Shown: one piece after another, positions 9,497 through 18,768 of the stretch
Layout of the letters: every line of letters starts with the position of its first letter
How positions within the stretch are numbered: the stretch's first letter is position 1
Source: an uncultured bacterium
Lineage (GTDB): Bacteria; Acidobacteriota; Aminicenantia; Aminicenantales; Saccharicenantaceae
Reading direction: 5' to 3'
Assembly: GCA_963805015.1 (NCBI GenBank)
Contig: CAWDSL010000026.1
Coordinates: 79,125-143,124, forward strand
Length of the DNA stretch: 64,000 nt
Translations under genes and position numbers: made by a program
Notes under the pieces: model-generated
Told to the model about the DNA's origin: nothing
Seen by the model: the letters and a program-made list of their open reading frames with translations, nothing else
Databases searched by the model: none

Positions 9497-11074
9497 TCAG
9501 CGGGAGGGCAGGCCCAGGGCCCGCCGCAGGGCGGCGTTGATCTGGGTGTTGTCGATGATCAATCCCGGGTACCAGGTGCCGCGGAGCTTCAGGAGCTCGC
9601 GGGAGGCGGCCCCGACGGCGGCCAGGTTGACGAGCTCGTTGGTGTGCCCCGCCGTCCCGTACGAGACGTCCTCGTCCGGATAGACGTAGGGCGACAGATA
9701 TTCCGGCGCCTTGAGGCCGGTCCCCTTCGCACCGTTGCCGCGGTCGCTCCCCGTCCGCGTCGGCGGCTCTTCCGTCTCGACCCGGGGCGCCTGACTGGGC
9801 AGGTCGCCCGCGCCGAGCGGCCGGGACGGGTCGAGCAGCAGTCCCCCCGTGGCGTGGTCGGCGGTCACGAGGAGGGCCGTGTTCGTCCAGTCGAGGTCGT
9901 CGCCCGGTCGGTCGACAAAGGCCAGGGCCGCCCGGACCGCGCCGTCGAGGTCGGCGACACTGCCGATCATGGCCGAATAATCGTTGTCGTGGTTGGCCCA
10001 GTCGATGTCGCCCTGCTCGACGACCAGGAAGAACCCGTCGGGGTCCCGCCCGAGATAGTCCAGGGCGGCCAGGGTCGCTTCGCTCAGAGTGGGATTCTCG
10101 TCGGTCTCGGGCATGATCGCGGGCCGGCCGGGCGAATCCTCGACCCGCGGGACGTCGAAGTTGCCGCCCTTACCGCCGAAGAGCCCAAAGAGCTTACGGC
10201 CCTCCCGGGCCGCAGCCGCCGCGGCATCGGCCAGGGCCCGGCCGCCGTCGACTCCCGTCTTGCGCTCCACGAACACGTAGTCCGTCGAGGCCTGAAGGGC
10301 CCGGTAGAGGGACTCCGAGATATAGCCTTTCTTGGGATCGAAGTCCGGGTTGTCGAGGAGGGGCCAGCCGCCGGCGATGACGACGTCGGGCTTGGTCCGC
10401 AGGACGATCTCGTCCCCGATGCCCTCGCCCTTGTAGCCTTTGAGGCCGGTGTAGTAGGAGCTGCGGCTGGGATTGTGGGCGACGAACGCGGCCGGGGTGG
10501 CGTGGTCGAAGGGCACGGTGCTGATGACGCCGATCCCCGCGCCGGTGCGGGCCCGGAAGTCCTCGGCGATCGTCGGCAGGGCGCCGTCCGGGGGGTCACC
10601 GGGTAGCCAGGAGATGTTCCCGGAGTCGGTCTTGTATCCCGTGGCCAGGGCGGTCGCCGCCGAGGCCGAGTCCGTGGCCGGCCCGGTCGGGAAGCGGCGG
10701 GCATCAGGGCCGATGGGCGGCCGCGCCCCGTCGGCCTTGACGTCGTAGCCGATGAGGGGGGTGAACGCCGACCGGGAATACGGTGGACGCCCGGCCCGCC
10801 GGGCGCTGGCGTTGTAGACGTTGACGTCCCAGGTGGCGACGAAAGCCTTGGCCGGCAGCTTGTGCCAGGCCAGGCCGTCGTCCCGGCCGTAGAGGTAGCG
10901 GCTGGCCGCGGCCTCCGTCTGGGCCGACATCCCGTCGCCGATGAAGAAAATGACGTGCTTGAGGGCCGGGGCTTTCCGGCCGCAGGCGGGGACGAGGAGC
11001 AGGGCCGCGGCCAGCGCGGCGGCAGAGACCGCCCCGAACGCCGTCCGGGCCTTCCTTCCCCTGTTAGCGGTCAT
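9497..11074 (-). CDS. alkaline phosphatase (PhoA family), secreted
   Basis: 525-aa ORF with a signal sequence and the alkaline phosphatase motifs FFIGDGMS and ATDSASAATALATGYKT. Confidence 0.85.
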   Translation of the reverse strand: MTANRGRKARTAFGAVSAAALAAALLLVPACGRKAPALKHVIFFIGDGMSAQTEAAASRYLYGRDDGLAWHKLPAKAFVATWDVNVYNASARRAGRPPYSRSAFTPLIGYDVKADGARPPIGPDARRFPTGPATDSASAATALATGYKTDSGNISWLPGDPPDGALPTIAEDFRARTGAGIGVISTVPFDHATPAAFVAHNPSRSSYYTGLKGYKGEGIGDEIVLRTKPDVVIAGGWPLLDNPDFDPKKGYISESLYRALQASTDYVFVERKTGVDGGRALADAAAAAAREGRKLFGLFGGKGGNFDVPRVEDSPGRPAIMPETDENPTLSEATLAALDYLGRDPDGFFLVVEQGDIDWANHDNDYSAMIGSVADLDGAVRAALAFVDRPGDDLDWTNTALLVTADHATGGLLLDPSRPLGAGDLPSQAPRVETEEPPTRTGSDRGNGAKGTGLKAPEYLSPYVYPDEDVSYGTAGHTNELVNLAAVGAASRELLKLRGTWYPGLIIDNTQINAALRRALGLPSR

Positions 11075-11108
11075 GACACTCCATTATATCCCGGACCCGA
11101 AATCCGGC

Positions 11109-13283
11109 TCACCACTCCACTAGGCCGGCCAGTCTGAGGATCTCGAGATAGTTGAGGACCGCCTGGAGGGTCGATCGCCGCTCGTTCTGGGCGTCGAGCA
11201 TCTTCTTGATGTCGAGGGCGCTATGCTTGCCGTCGACGAGCAGCTGCAGCTCCCCCTGATTGGCCAGGACCAGGTCCTTGCCCGCGACGGGATATTTCAA
11301 CCGTTCGGGGCCGGGCACGGCCGAAAGATACTTCTGATATTCGCGATATCCTCCTTGGCGGACCTTGGCGGTCGGCCGGGGCACGATCCGGGCGGCTCTC
11401 TTCTCGAGCTCCGCGGGAGCGGAAGGCAGGGGCTTCACCCCGAGCTTCGCCGCGACCGAGGCCCGGCGGGCGTCGAGGGCCAAGAGGCCGGCGGCCCCGA
11501 CCCCGTCCACGGCCTTGGCCAGCCGGGCGATGTCGGCCGAGAGGGCCGCGTCGCCGGGGGCCAGCTCGAGCACCGTCCCGAGCGTCTCCTTCTCGTTCAT
11601 GATCGCGGCCTCGAGGAGGCCGCGAGCGTAGCGGTGATCCTCGGCGAGCGTGTCCGCCTTGGCGCCGTTCAGCGCCTCCAGGGCGACCGCCAGCTGGTGT
11701 CCGAGGCGCCGGATCGCGTTCGAGGCCGTCTCGGCGGCGATCGCCGAGGCGGCCACGGCGTCGGCCGAGGCCACCGTGTAGGCGCCCGCGGCCCCGATCA
11801 CGGCCGCCCGCCTGAGCTGGGTCGGGTCGGACTTGTCGGCCGTGTCGCCGGAGGTGTGGTACCACTGGTCGGGCCAGGCGATCATCATGACGCCGGGGAC
11901 GCCGACCGCCCAGTCGTTGAAGACCTCGTGATCGGAAGCGCCGTAGTGGGTCTCGATCGAATAATAGAAGGGCTCGTCGGCGCCGGTCGGGGCGACGACG
12001 CGCACGGGCACGCCCGAGGCCGTGGACCGGTTCTGGATGCGCTCGCGACTGCCCTCGCCGAGGTAGCGGTAGTAGTTCTCCATGACGTCGTTGATGTAGT
12101 GGGGCCGGCCGTAGGTCGTCCGCATCAGGCAGAAGAAGGACTTGTTCTTCGACAGCCATTCGCCGACCATGTCCATGTTGATGTTGCAGAGCGTCCGGTC
12201 CATGATCTCCGGATTGGCCTTGACCCACTCCCCGATTCCGGAGAACTCCGGCCCCCAGATGAAGCGGATGGTCCGCTTGGGCCGGGGCAGGCGGCCCTCG
12301 GCGACGAGCGTTTGAAGGACGCGGGCCACTTCGAGGATGCAGGCGCTGCCGGAGATATTGTCGTTGGCCCCCTGCTTCTGCATGCCCTCGAAGAGATGGG
12401 CGGAGAGGATGATCTCGCCGGCGGCCGGGTCGGTGCCCGGGATGCGGCAGACGACGTTCTCGAGATCGGCCTCGACGGACTTCGACGCGACCTGGGCCCG
12501 CGCGGTGATCTTCTCGTTGGCCAGGAGCCGGCGCTTCAGGATGTCGCCCTCGCGGACGGGCAGCTGGAAGGCGAAGCCCTGCGGCGGTGCCTGGACCGCG
12601 GGCGGCGCGGCCGGGGGGGCCTGTCCCGGCTGGCCGGGCTGGGCCTGCGGCCCGCCGGGACGGCGGCGCGAGGCGATGCCCGCCCAGGGCATCTGGAGCG
12701 GATCGAAGTAGGGCCGCGAGTTGCTGATGGCCACGACCCCCAGGGCCCCCTTGGAAACGACGGCGGCGTAGACCATCATCAGGGAGCCCTCGGTGACGGC
12801 GATCTTGCCCTCGACCGCGGCGTCGGCGATCTCCTTGGCCGAGCCCCGGCCGACCCAGACGAGCTCGGCCGTGACGTCGGCCGTCGCGCTGCCCGAGGCC
12901 AACATGGGCAGCATGTCGTTGATGGAGGCGATCTTCTGGCGCTCGGGCTTGGTCTCCCAGAGCTCGCCCTTGACGGCGACCCAGGCCGGGCCGCCCGGGA
13001 AGGTGACGACCTCGACGCCTTCCAATCCGTATTCCCTGAGCTTGCGGACGACGACCCGGGTTTCCAGGAAGTTGCCGGTGAACTCGTCGCCGAAGCGCTG
13101 CCGGTTGAAGGCGTTGATCTCGGCGACCGTGTTCCAGGCCGATTCGCCGGAGGCCTCGCCGACGATCTCGTCCATCTGGGCCTTGGGCAGGAACGTCCAG
13201 TAGAGCCAGGGCACGTACTGGGCCGCGGCGCCGGCGGCCAGAACCAGGACGCAGACGGCGGCGATGGCGAGCTTTTTGGTCAT
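11109..13283 (-). CDS. secreted M28-family aminopeptidase with PA domain
   Basis: 724-aa ORF with a signal peptide, a PA-like insert and an M28 metallopeptidase core (..GANDNISGSACILEVARVL.., ..YGASDHEVF.., ..WYHTSGDT..). Confidence 0.8.
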   Translation of the reverse strand: MTKKLAIAAVCVLVLAAGAAAQYVPWLYWTFLPKAQMDEIVGEASGESAWNTVAEINAFNRQRFGDEFTGNFLETRVVVRKLREYGLEGVEVVTFPGGPAWVAVKGELWETKPERQKIASINDMLPMLASGSATADVTAELVWVGRGSAKEIADAAVEGKIAVTEGSLMMVYAAVVSKGALGVVAISNSRPYFDPLQMPWAGIASRRRPGGPQAQPGQPGQAPPAAPPAVQAPPQGFAFQLPVREGDILKRRLLANEKITARAQVASKSVEADLENVVCRIPGTDPAAGEIILSAHLFEGMQKQGANDNISGSACILEVARVLQTLVAEGRLPRPKRTIRFIWGPEFSGIGEWVKANPEIMDRTLCNINMDMVGEWLSKNKSFFCLMRTTYGRPHYINDVMENYYRYLGEGSRERIQNRSTASGVPVRVVAPTGADEPFYYSIETHYGASDHEVFNDWAVGVPGVMMIAWPDQWYHTSGDTADKSDPTQLRRAAVIGAAGAYTVASADAVAASAIAAETASNAIRRLGHQLAVALEALNGAKADTLAEDHRYARGLLEAAIMNEKETLGTVLELAPGDAALSADIARLAKAVDGVGAAGLLALDARRASVAAKLGVKPLPSAPAELEKRAARIVPRPTAKVRQGGYREYQKYLSAVPGPERLKYPVAGKDLVLANQGELQLLVDGKHSALDIKKMLDAQNERRSTLQAVLNYLEILRLAGLVEW

Positions 13284-13465
13284 GGGGAACTCCTCTCGGG
13301 ATGGACCGGCCCGGAGAAGAGCGGCTCTGCGATCCGGGTCATGAGCAGAGGTTATATATCAAAGGCGGCCGGGCGGTCAAACGGGCCGGGGGGCTGGACA
13401 TTTGGCGCCGTTCCGCATACCATCGGCGGCAAGACCAGACCGACGGCAGAGAACGGAGGAACTCC

Positions 13466-15055
13466 ATGAGCGGTCTCCTCGACAAGGAACGGATCGTCGC
13501 CGGGCCGGGCTTCAACCGCTGGCTCGTCCCTCCCGCCGCCCTGGCCATCCACCTCTCGATCGGCATGGCCTACGGCTTCAGCGTCTTCTGGCTGCCCTTG
13601 AGCCGGGCCATCGGCATCACCCAAGCGGCACCGGGCGACTGGAAGATCAGCACGCTCGGCTGGATGTACACGCTCTTCTTCGTCTTTCTCGGCGGGTCGG
13701 CCGCCGTTTTCGGCCGCTGGCTCGAGCGCAACGGGCCGCGCAAGGCGGGTGTCGCCGCGGCCTTCTGCTGGGGCGGCGGCTTCTTCATCTCCGCCCTGGG
13801 CGTCCATCTCCATCAGATCGCCCTGCTCTGGATCGGCTCCGGCGTCATCGGCGGCTGCGGGCTGGGGCTGGGCTACATCTCGCCCGTGTCCACCCTGATC
13901 AAGTGGTTCCCCGACAAGCGGGGCATGGCCACGGGCATGGCCATCATGGGCTTCGGCGGCGGGGCCATGATCGGCGCCCCCCTGGCCGACCGGCTCATCA
14001 AGCTCTACGCGACGCCGGCCTCGGTCGGCGTGAAGGAGACGTTCCTGACGATGGGAGCGATCTACTTCGTGGTCATGCTGGCCGGGGCCTTCCTCTACCG
14101 GATCCCGCCGGCGGACTGGAAGCCGGCGGGCTGGACGCCGCCGGCCAAGAAGGCCGGCGGCATGATCACCCACGGCCATGTCCACATCGACGCCGTCCAC
14201 AAGATCCCCCAGTTCTGGCTCCTCTGGGCCGTCCTGTGCCTGAACGTCAGCGCCGGCATCGGCATCATCGGCATGGCCTCGCCCATGCTGCAGGAGGTCT
14301 TCGGCGGCAAGCTCATCGGCCTGTCCGGCTCTCTGGCGTCCCTCTCGGTCGCGGACAAGGTCCGGACGGCCTCGATCGGGGCCGGCTTCGCCGGTCTGTT
14401 GAGCCTCTTCAACATCGCCGGCCGCTTCTTCTGGGCCTCCATGTCCGATTTCATCGGCCGCAAGCGAACCTACATGATCTTCTTCGCCCTGGGCGCCTGC
14501 CTCTACGCCGCCGCGCCCTTCGCCGGCGACATCAAGAGCGTGACCCTGTTCGTGGCCCTGTTCTGCCTCATCCTGACCATGTACGGCGGCGGCTTCGCCA
14601 CCGTCCCGGCCTATCTGGCCGACCTCTTCGGCACGCAGTTCGTCGGGGCCATCCACGGCCGTCTGCTGACGGCCTGGTCGACGGCCGGCGTCCTGGGACC
14701 GGTCCTGGTCAACTACATCCGGGAATACCAGCTCAAGCGGGGCGTGCCCAACGAATCCGCCTACAACACGACCCTGTACATCCTGGCCGGCCTGCTGCTG
14801 CTCGGATTCCTGGCCAACCTCCTGGTCCGGCCGGTCGCGGCCAGGCATTTCATGACCGACGAGGAGCTGGAGAGGGAACGGCGGACGGGCCACGCCAAGG
14901 CGGGCGTCACGGCCACGGCCGTCGCTTCGCCCCAGGCCTGGCATCCGAACCGGTCGTCCTGGGTCGCCGTGGCCGCGGCTTGGACGGTCATCGGCCTGCC
15001 GCTCGCCTGGGGCATCCTGAAGACGGCGGAAAAAGCGGCGGCCCTCTTCAAATAG
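13466..15055 (+). CDS. MFS transporter, oxalate/formate antiporter (OFA) family
   Basis: ATG at 13466 after GGAGGA. The N-terminus NRWLVPPAALAIHLSIGMAYGFSVFWLPL is typical of OFA-family MFS. About 12 hydrophobic segments. Confidence 0.8.
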   Translation: MSGLLDKERIVAGPGFNRWLVPPAALAIHLSIGMAYGFSVFWLPLSRAIGITQAAPGDWKISTLGWMYTLFFVFLGGSAAVFGRWLERNGPRKAGVAAAFCWGGGFFISALGVHLHQIALLWIGSGVIGGCGLGLGYISPVSTLIKWFPDKRGMATGMAIMGFGGGAMIGAPLADRLIKLYATPASVGVKETFLTMGAIYFVVMLAGAFLYRIPPADWKPAGWTPPAKKAGGMITHGHVHIDAVHKIPQFWLLWAVLCLNVSAGIGIIGMASPMLQEVFGGKLIGLSGSLASLSVADKVRTASIGAGFAGLLSLFNIAGRFFWASMSDFIGRKRTYMIFFALGACLYAAAPFAGDIKSVTLFVALFCLILTMYGGGFATVPAYLADLFGTQFVGAIHGRLLTAWSTAGVLGPVLVNYIREYQLKRGVPNESAYNTTLYILAGLLLLGFLANLLVRPVAARHFMTDEELERERRTGHAKAGVTATAVASPQAWHPNRSSWVAVAAAWTVIGLPLAWGILKTAEKAAALFK

Positions 15056-15064
15056 ACGGCGGGA

Positions 15065-18000
15065 TCAGGCCGCGCCGAGAAAATCGAAGCTGATCTTCTT
15101 CTGGATGTCGGCGATCTGGGCGAAGGCCTGCTTGAGCAGGGTCACCTCGATGTGGGTCAATTCACGGGGATCGATGTCGTTGCCCGGGCTGGCGTCGCGG
15201 TCGATGGCCCGGACCTGGTGGGCCAGCCGCAGCTGCATGAGGTAATCGTAGACCTTGACCGCTTCGTCGTGGAGGCTCTCCCGTAACGCGCCCACCTCCA
15301 GCAAGGCGTGGAGACGGTCGAGGGTGTTGACCTCGGCGACGCCGTGGCGGAAAGCGTAGAGCCGGGCGAAATTATTGACCGGCATCAGGGCGTCCTTGAT
15401 GTTGAAGGTCTTGGCGCCCTCCTTGCCCTCTTCGAGGACGATGTGGCCGAAGAAGCTCAGGGGAGCCTTGTACTGCAGGGTGTACTGGGCGTAATGGAGG
15501 AGGAAGGGCGGCTCCTGGCGCAGGACCTCGTCGATGTGCCGGCGGAGCTCGGCGGCGAACTCCGGCTCGCCCTGGACGGTCCGGAAATCGAAGAAGATCT
15601 TGAGGTCCAGGATGTCCTTGGGCTCGGCCGTCCGGAGCCAGCCGGCGAAATACGCTTTCCACGTCCTCAGGGGCCGGCACCAGCGGGGGTTCGAGGCCAT
15701 GACCTCCCCCAAGCAGAGCGGGTATCCGGCCAGGGCCAGGCCGTCGGACACGAACCGCCCGACCTTCAGGAAATAGGCCTGGACGTCTTCCTCTTCGCGC
15801 TCGGGGACGTCCTCGAAGACGATGGCGTGGTCCTGATCGCTGGCCAGGGTCTGTTCCTCGCGGCCCTCGCTCCCCAGCGCGAGGAAGGCGAACCGGGCCG
15901 GGGCCGGCCCCAGCTCGGCGGCCGCCAGCTCGAGCAGCCGGATCACGGCGGCGTCGGTCACCGCCGTCACGGCCCGGGTGATGTTCCGGGCCTTGGCACC
16001 GCCCTCGACCAGGACCTTGGCCAGGCGCGGCAGGCCGCGGCGCGCGGCGGCGATGGCGTCGGGCGACGCGGCGTGACGGATCTCCTGGGTCAGGACGGCC
16101 AGGGAGTAGCGGTGGAAAAGGAGGAGATCGCGGTTGCGGACGATCCCGGTGACGTCGCCTTTTTCGTCCCGGACGAGCAGGTGGTCGACGTCCTTCTCGC
16201 GCATGGCCAGGATGGCTTCGTAGACGAGGGCCTGGCTCCCGATCGAGACCAGCGGCGCGCTCATGATCGCGCGCAGCGGGCTCTCCCCCGCCAGCCCTTC
16301 GGCGACGAGCCGGGCCCTGATGTCGGTATCGGTCACGAGGCCGACCGGCTCTCCCTGGGCCGTGACCACGACGGCGCTGGCCCCGCGGCCGGTCATCAGA
16401 GCGGCCCCCTTGGCCACGGTGTCCTTGAGGTCGCAGAAGACGGGCGGTCCGGCCAGCGGGCCCACGGGCTCATGGAGGAACATCAGCGAGGCCTGGAGGT
16501 CCCCGATGAGGCTCTCCCGGTCCCTGTCCCGGCGCGCGGCCGAGTTCCGCCCCCGCTCGCCCGACCGCAGGGGCCGGGCGATGAGGACCAGGCCCTCGCG
16601 GCCGGCGAACGAGATCCGGCTCGACGACAGGGCGACGTCGACCGCGCCGCCGTCGGTCCGCCTGAGAACGGTCTCCTCCGCGTTCAGCCCGGCCGTCTCG
16701 TGGACCCGGACGGCCGCGTCCGCGGCCAGGATCTCGTCGAGGTCGAGCAGGCCGAGCCCGTTCTCGGAGACGCCGAGCAGGGCGAGCATGGTCGGATTGG
16801 CGAAGGCCGGACGGCCCTCGAGCACCATCAGGGTCCCCTCGGTCGCCGATTCGACGAGCGTCCGGTACTTCTCGTGCGATTCCCTGAGCTCGTCCTCGGC
16901 CTTGGCCCGCCGGCGCTCGAGGCGCATGCTCTGGGCCGCCACGAACAGAAGCAGCAGGGCGCACAGGGCGGTGATGCCGATGGAGACGCTGACGAACCGT
17001 CGCGGCCATGGCCCGGATCTCGCCCTGGACGTCCTCGATATAGAGGCCGGTGCCCAGGATCCAGCCCCAGGGCGTGAACTTCTTGATGAAGGACTGTTTG
17101 GGCTCGAGGCGGTCCGGGTCGTCTTTCCACTGCCAGACGTACTCGACGTAGGCCTCGTCCCGGTCGCGGAGGATGTTGGCGAACTCGACGAAGATGCGGA
17201 CGCCGCGGGGGTCCTGGAAGTCGGAGACGTCCCGGCCGTCGAGATCGGTCCGGTAGGGATGCATGATCATCCGGACGCCGAGATCGGTGATCCAGAAATA
17301 ATCCTTGCCTTCGTTGCCGTAGCGGAGTCCGCGAATGCGCTCGGCCGCGGCTCTCTTCGCTTCGTCGAGCGGGATGCGGCCGGCCCGGGCCTCGGCGTCA
17401 TACTCGGCCAGGATGCCCGAAGCGACGTTGGTCAGCTCCCGGATGGTGTCCCGCTTGCGCTCGAGGAGCCGCTGCTCGAAGGCCGGGATGAGCACCCGGA
17501 AGAGAAAGACGACGAACAGCGTGATGGCCAGCGCCGTCGGCAGGAGGATGCGCAGGAGGAAGGACCTCCGGCCCGGACGGGGCACGTCCCGGTGAGCGGC
17601 GGGCTCGCCGGGGACCGGACCGCCGGCCGCTCCCGAAGCCTTTTTCAGGAGGGCATCCCGGAACTCCCGCCACAGCGCCAGGGGCATCTCCATGGCGGTT
17701 TCCGTCGAGCCCGGCAGGCCCGGCCCATGGTAGTCGCTGCCGGCGCTGACCACGAGCCCGTGCCGCGAGGCCAAGGCGACGAGCTCGCGGCTGAGGCTCT
17801 CGGGGTATCCGGCGTAAAAGGCCTCGAGGCCGTCGAGGCCCCAAGCCCTGTACTTTTCGACGAGCGCCTCGAGGGCGGGGAGGTCGGGGCGCGCCCCGGG
17901 CACGACCGGATGGGCGAGGACGGCCAGCCCGCCCGCGCCGTGGAGGACCCGGATGGCCTCGGCCGGCGGGACGGGTCCCGGCACGGCCTTGGCCAGGAGC

Positions 18001-18323
18001 GCCTTCAAGGCCTTGTCCTCCGGGTCGAACCCGTAGCCGAGGATGTGCTTCTCCCCGGCCTCGCGGTCGACGACGGTCAGCTCGACGCCGGCGACGAAGC
18101 CGACCCCTTTCTTCCTCGCGGCTTCGCGGAAGGCGGGCAGACCGTCGATGGTGTCGTGGTCGGTCAGGGCCGCGGCCCGGACCCCGGACGCCGCCAGCCG
18201 GTCGGCCAGCTGGGCCGGAGCGAGGTCCCCGTCGCTGAGCTGGGAATGGCCGTGAAGATTGACGCGGAGGAATTCGGACACGGGGCTTTGTCTCCCCTCC
18301 CCGGGGCCGCCCAACCATAGCAC
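15065..18323 (-). pseudogene. multidomain sensor protein: PHP phosphoesterase - TM - Cache-like - TM - PAS - CBS pair - DUF294 nucleotidyltransferase; one frameshift near 17000
   Basis: ORFs 16470..18323 and 15065..16942 join as ..IEDVQGEIRAMA|RRFVSVSIGITALCALLLLFVAAQSMRLE.. after one base is corrected. PHP motif VNLHGHSQLSDG; Cache-like GKDYFWITD; CBS pair and DUF294 core in the C-terminal ORF. Likely start is the GTG at 18281 (VSEFLRVNLHGHS). Confidence 0.75.
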
Positions 18324-18475
18324 CTCCGGCGAAAGACTGTCAATAGCCTGGAAACGCCTTGATTTTTGCCGGGACCTGTGAGATAAAGGCGGGCATCACG
18401 AACGGCCTTTCGCGCCCCCTCCGACGGGGCGCGGAATGACCGGTCGAAGATGCGGATAAGGGAGGGAGAGAGCCC

Positions 18476-18768
18476 ATGTTGCATGAGCCAGCCGCGAAGT
18501 CGGGACCGGATCCCGCTTTTCTGTTCAAGAGGCGCCTGGGCGCCTGGATGTTCGTCCTCTACGCGCTCGTCTATACCGGATTCGTGGTCGTCAACCTGGT
18601 CCGGCCGGGCGCCATGGAAGCGTGATCTTCGGCGGGTTGAACCTGGCCGTCGTCTACGGCTTCGGCCTGATCATCTTCGCCCTCGTCCTGGCCCTCATCT
18701 ACAGCCGGGCCTGCGGCCGCCGCGAGAAGCGTCTCCACCAGGCCGATCCCCAGGGAGGCCGGTCATGA
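18476..18768 (+). pseudogene. DUF485 (YjcH-like) small membrane protein, frameshift near 18621
   Basis: ATG 18476 after GGAGGGAGAG gives MLHEPAAKSGPDPAFLFKRRLGAWMFVLYALVYTGFVVVNLVRPGAMEA, then a stop. The next frame continues VIFGGLNLAVVYGFGLIIFALVLALIYSRA.. and ends in an ATGA overlap with the actP start. Position before actP is classic. Confidence 0.75.
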
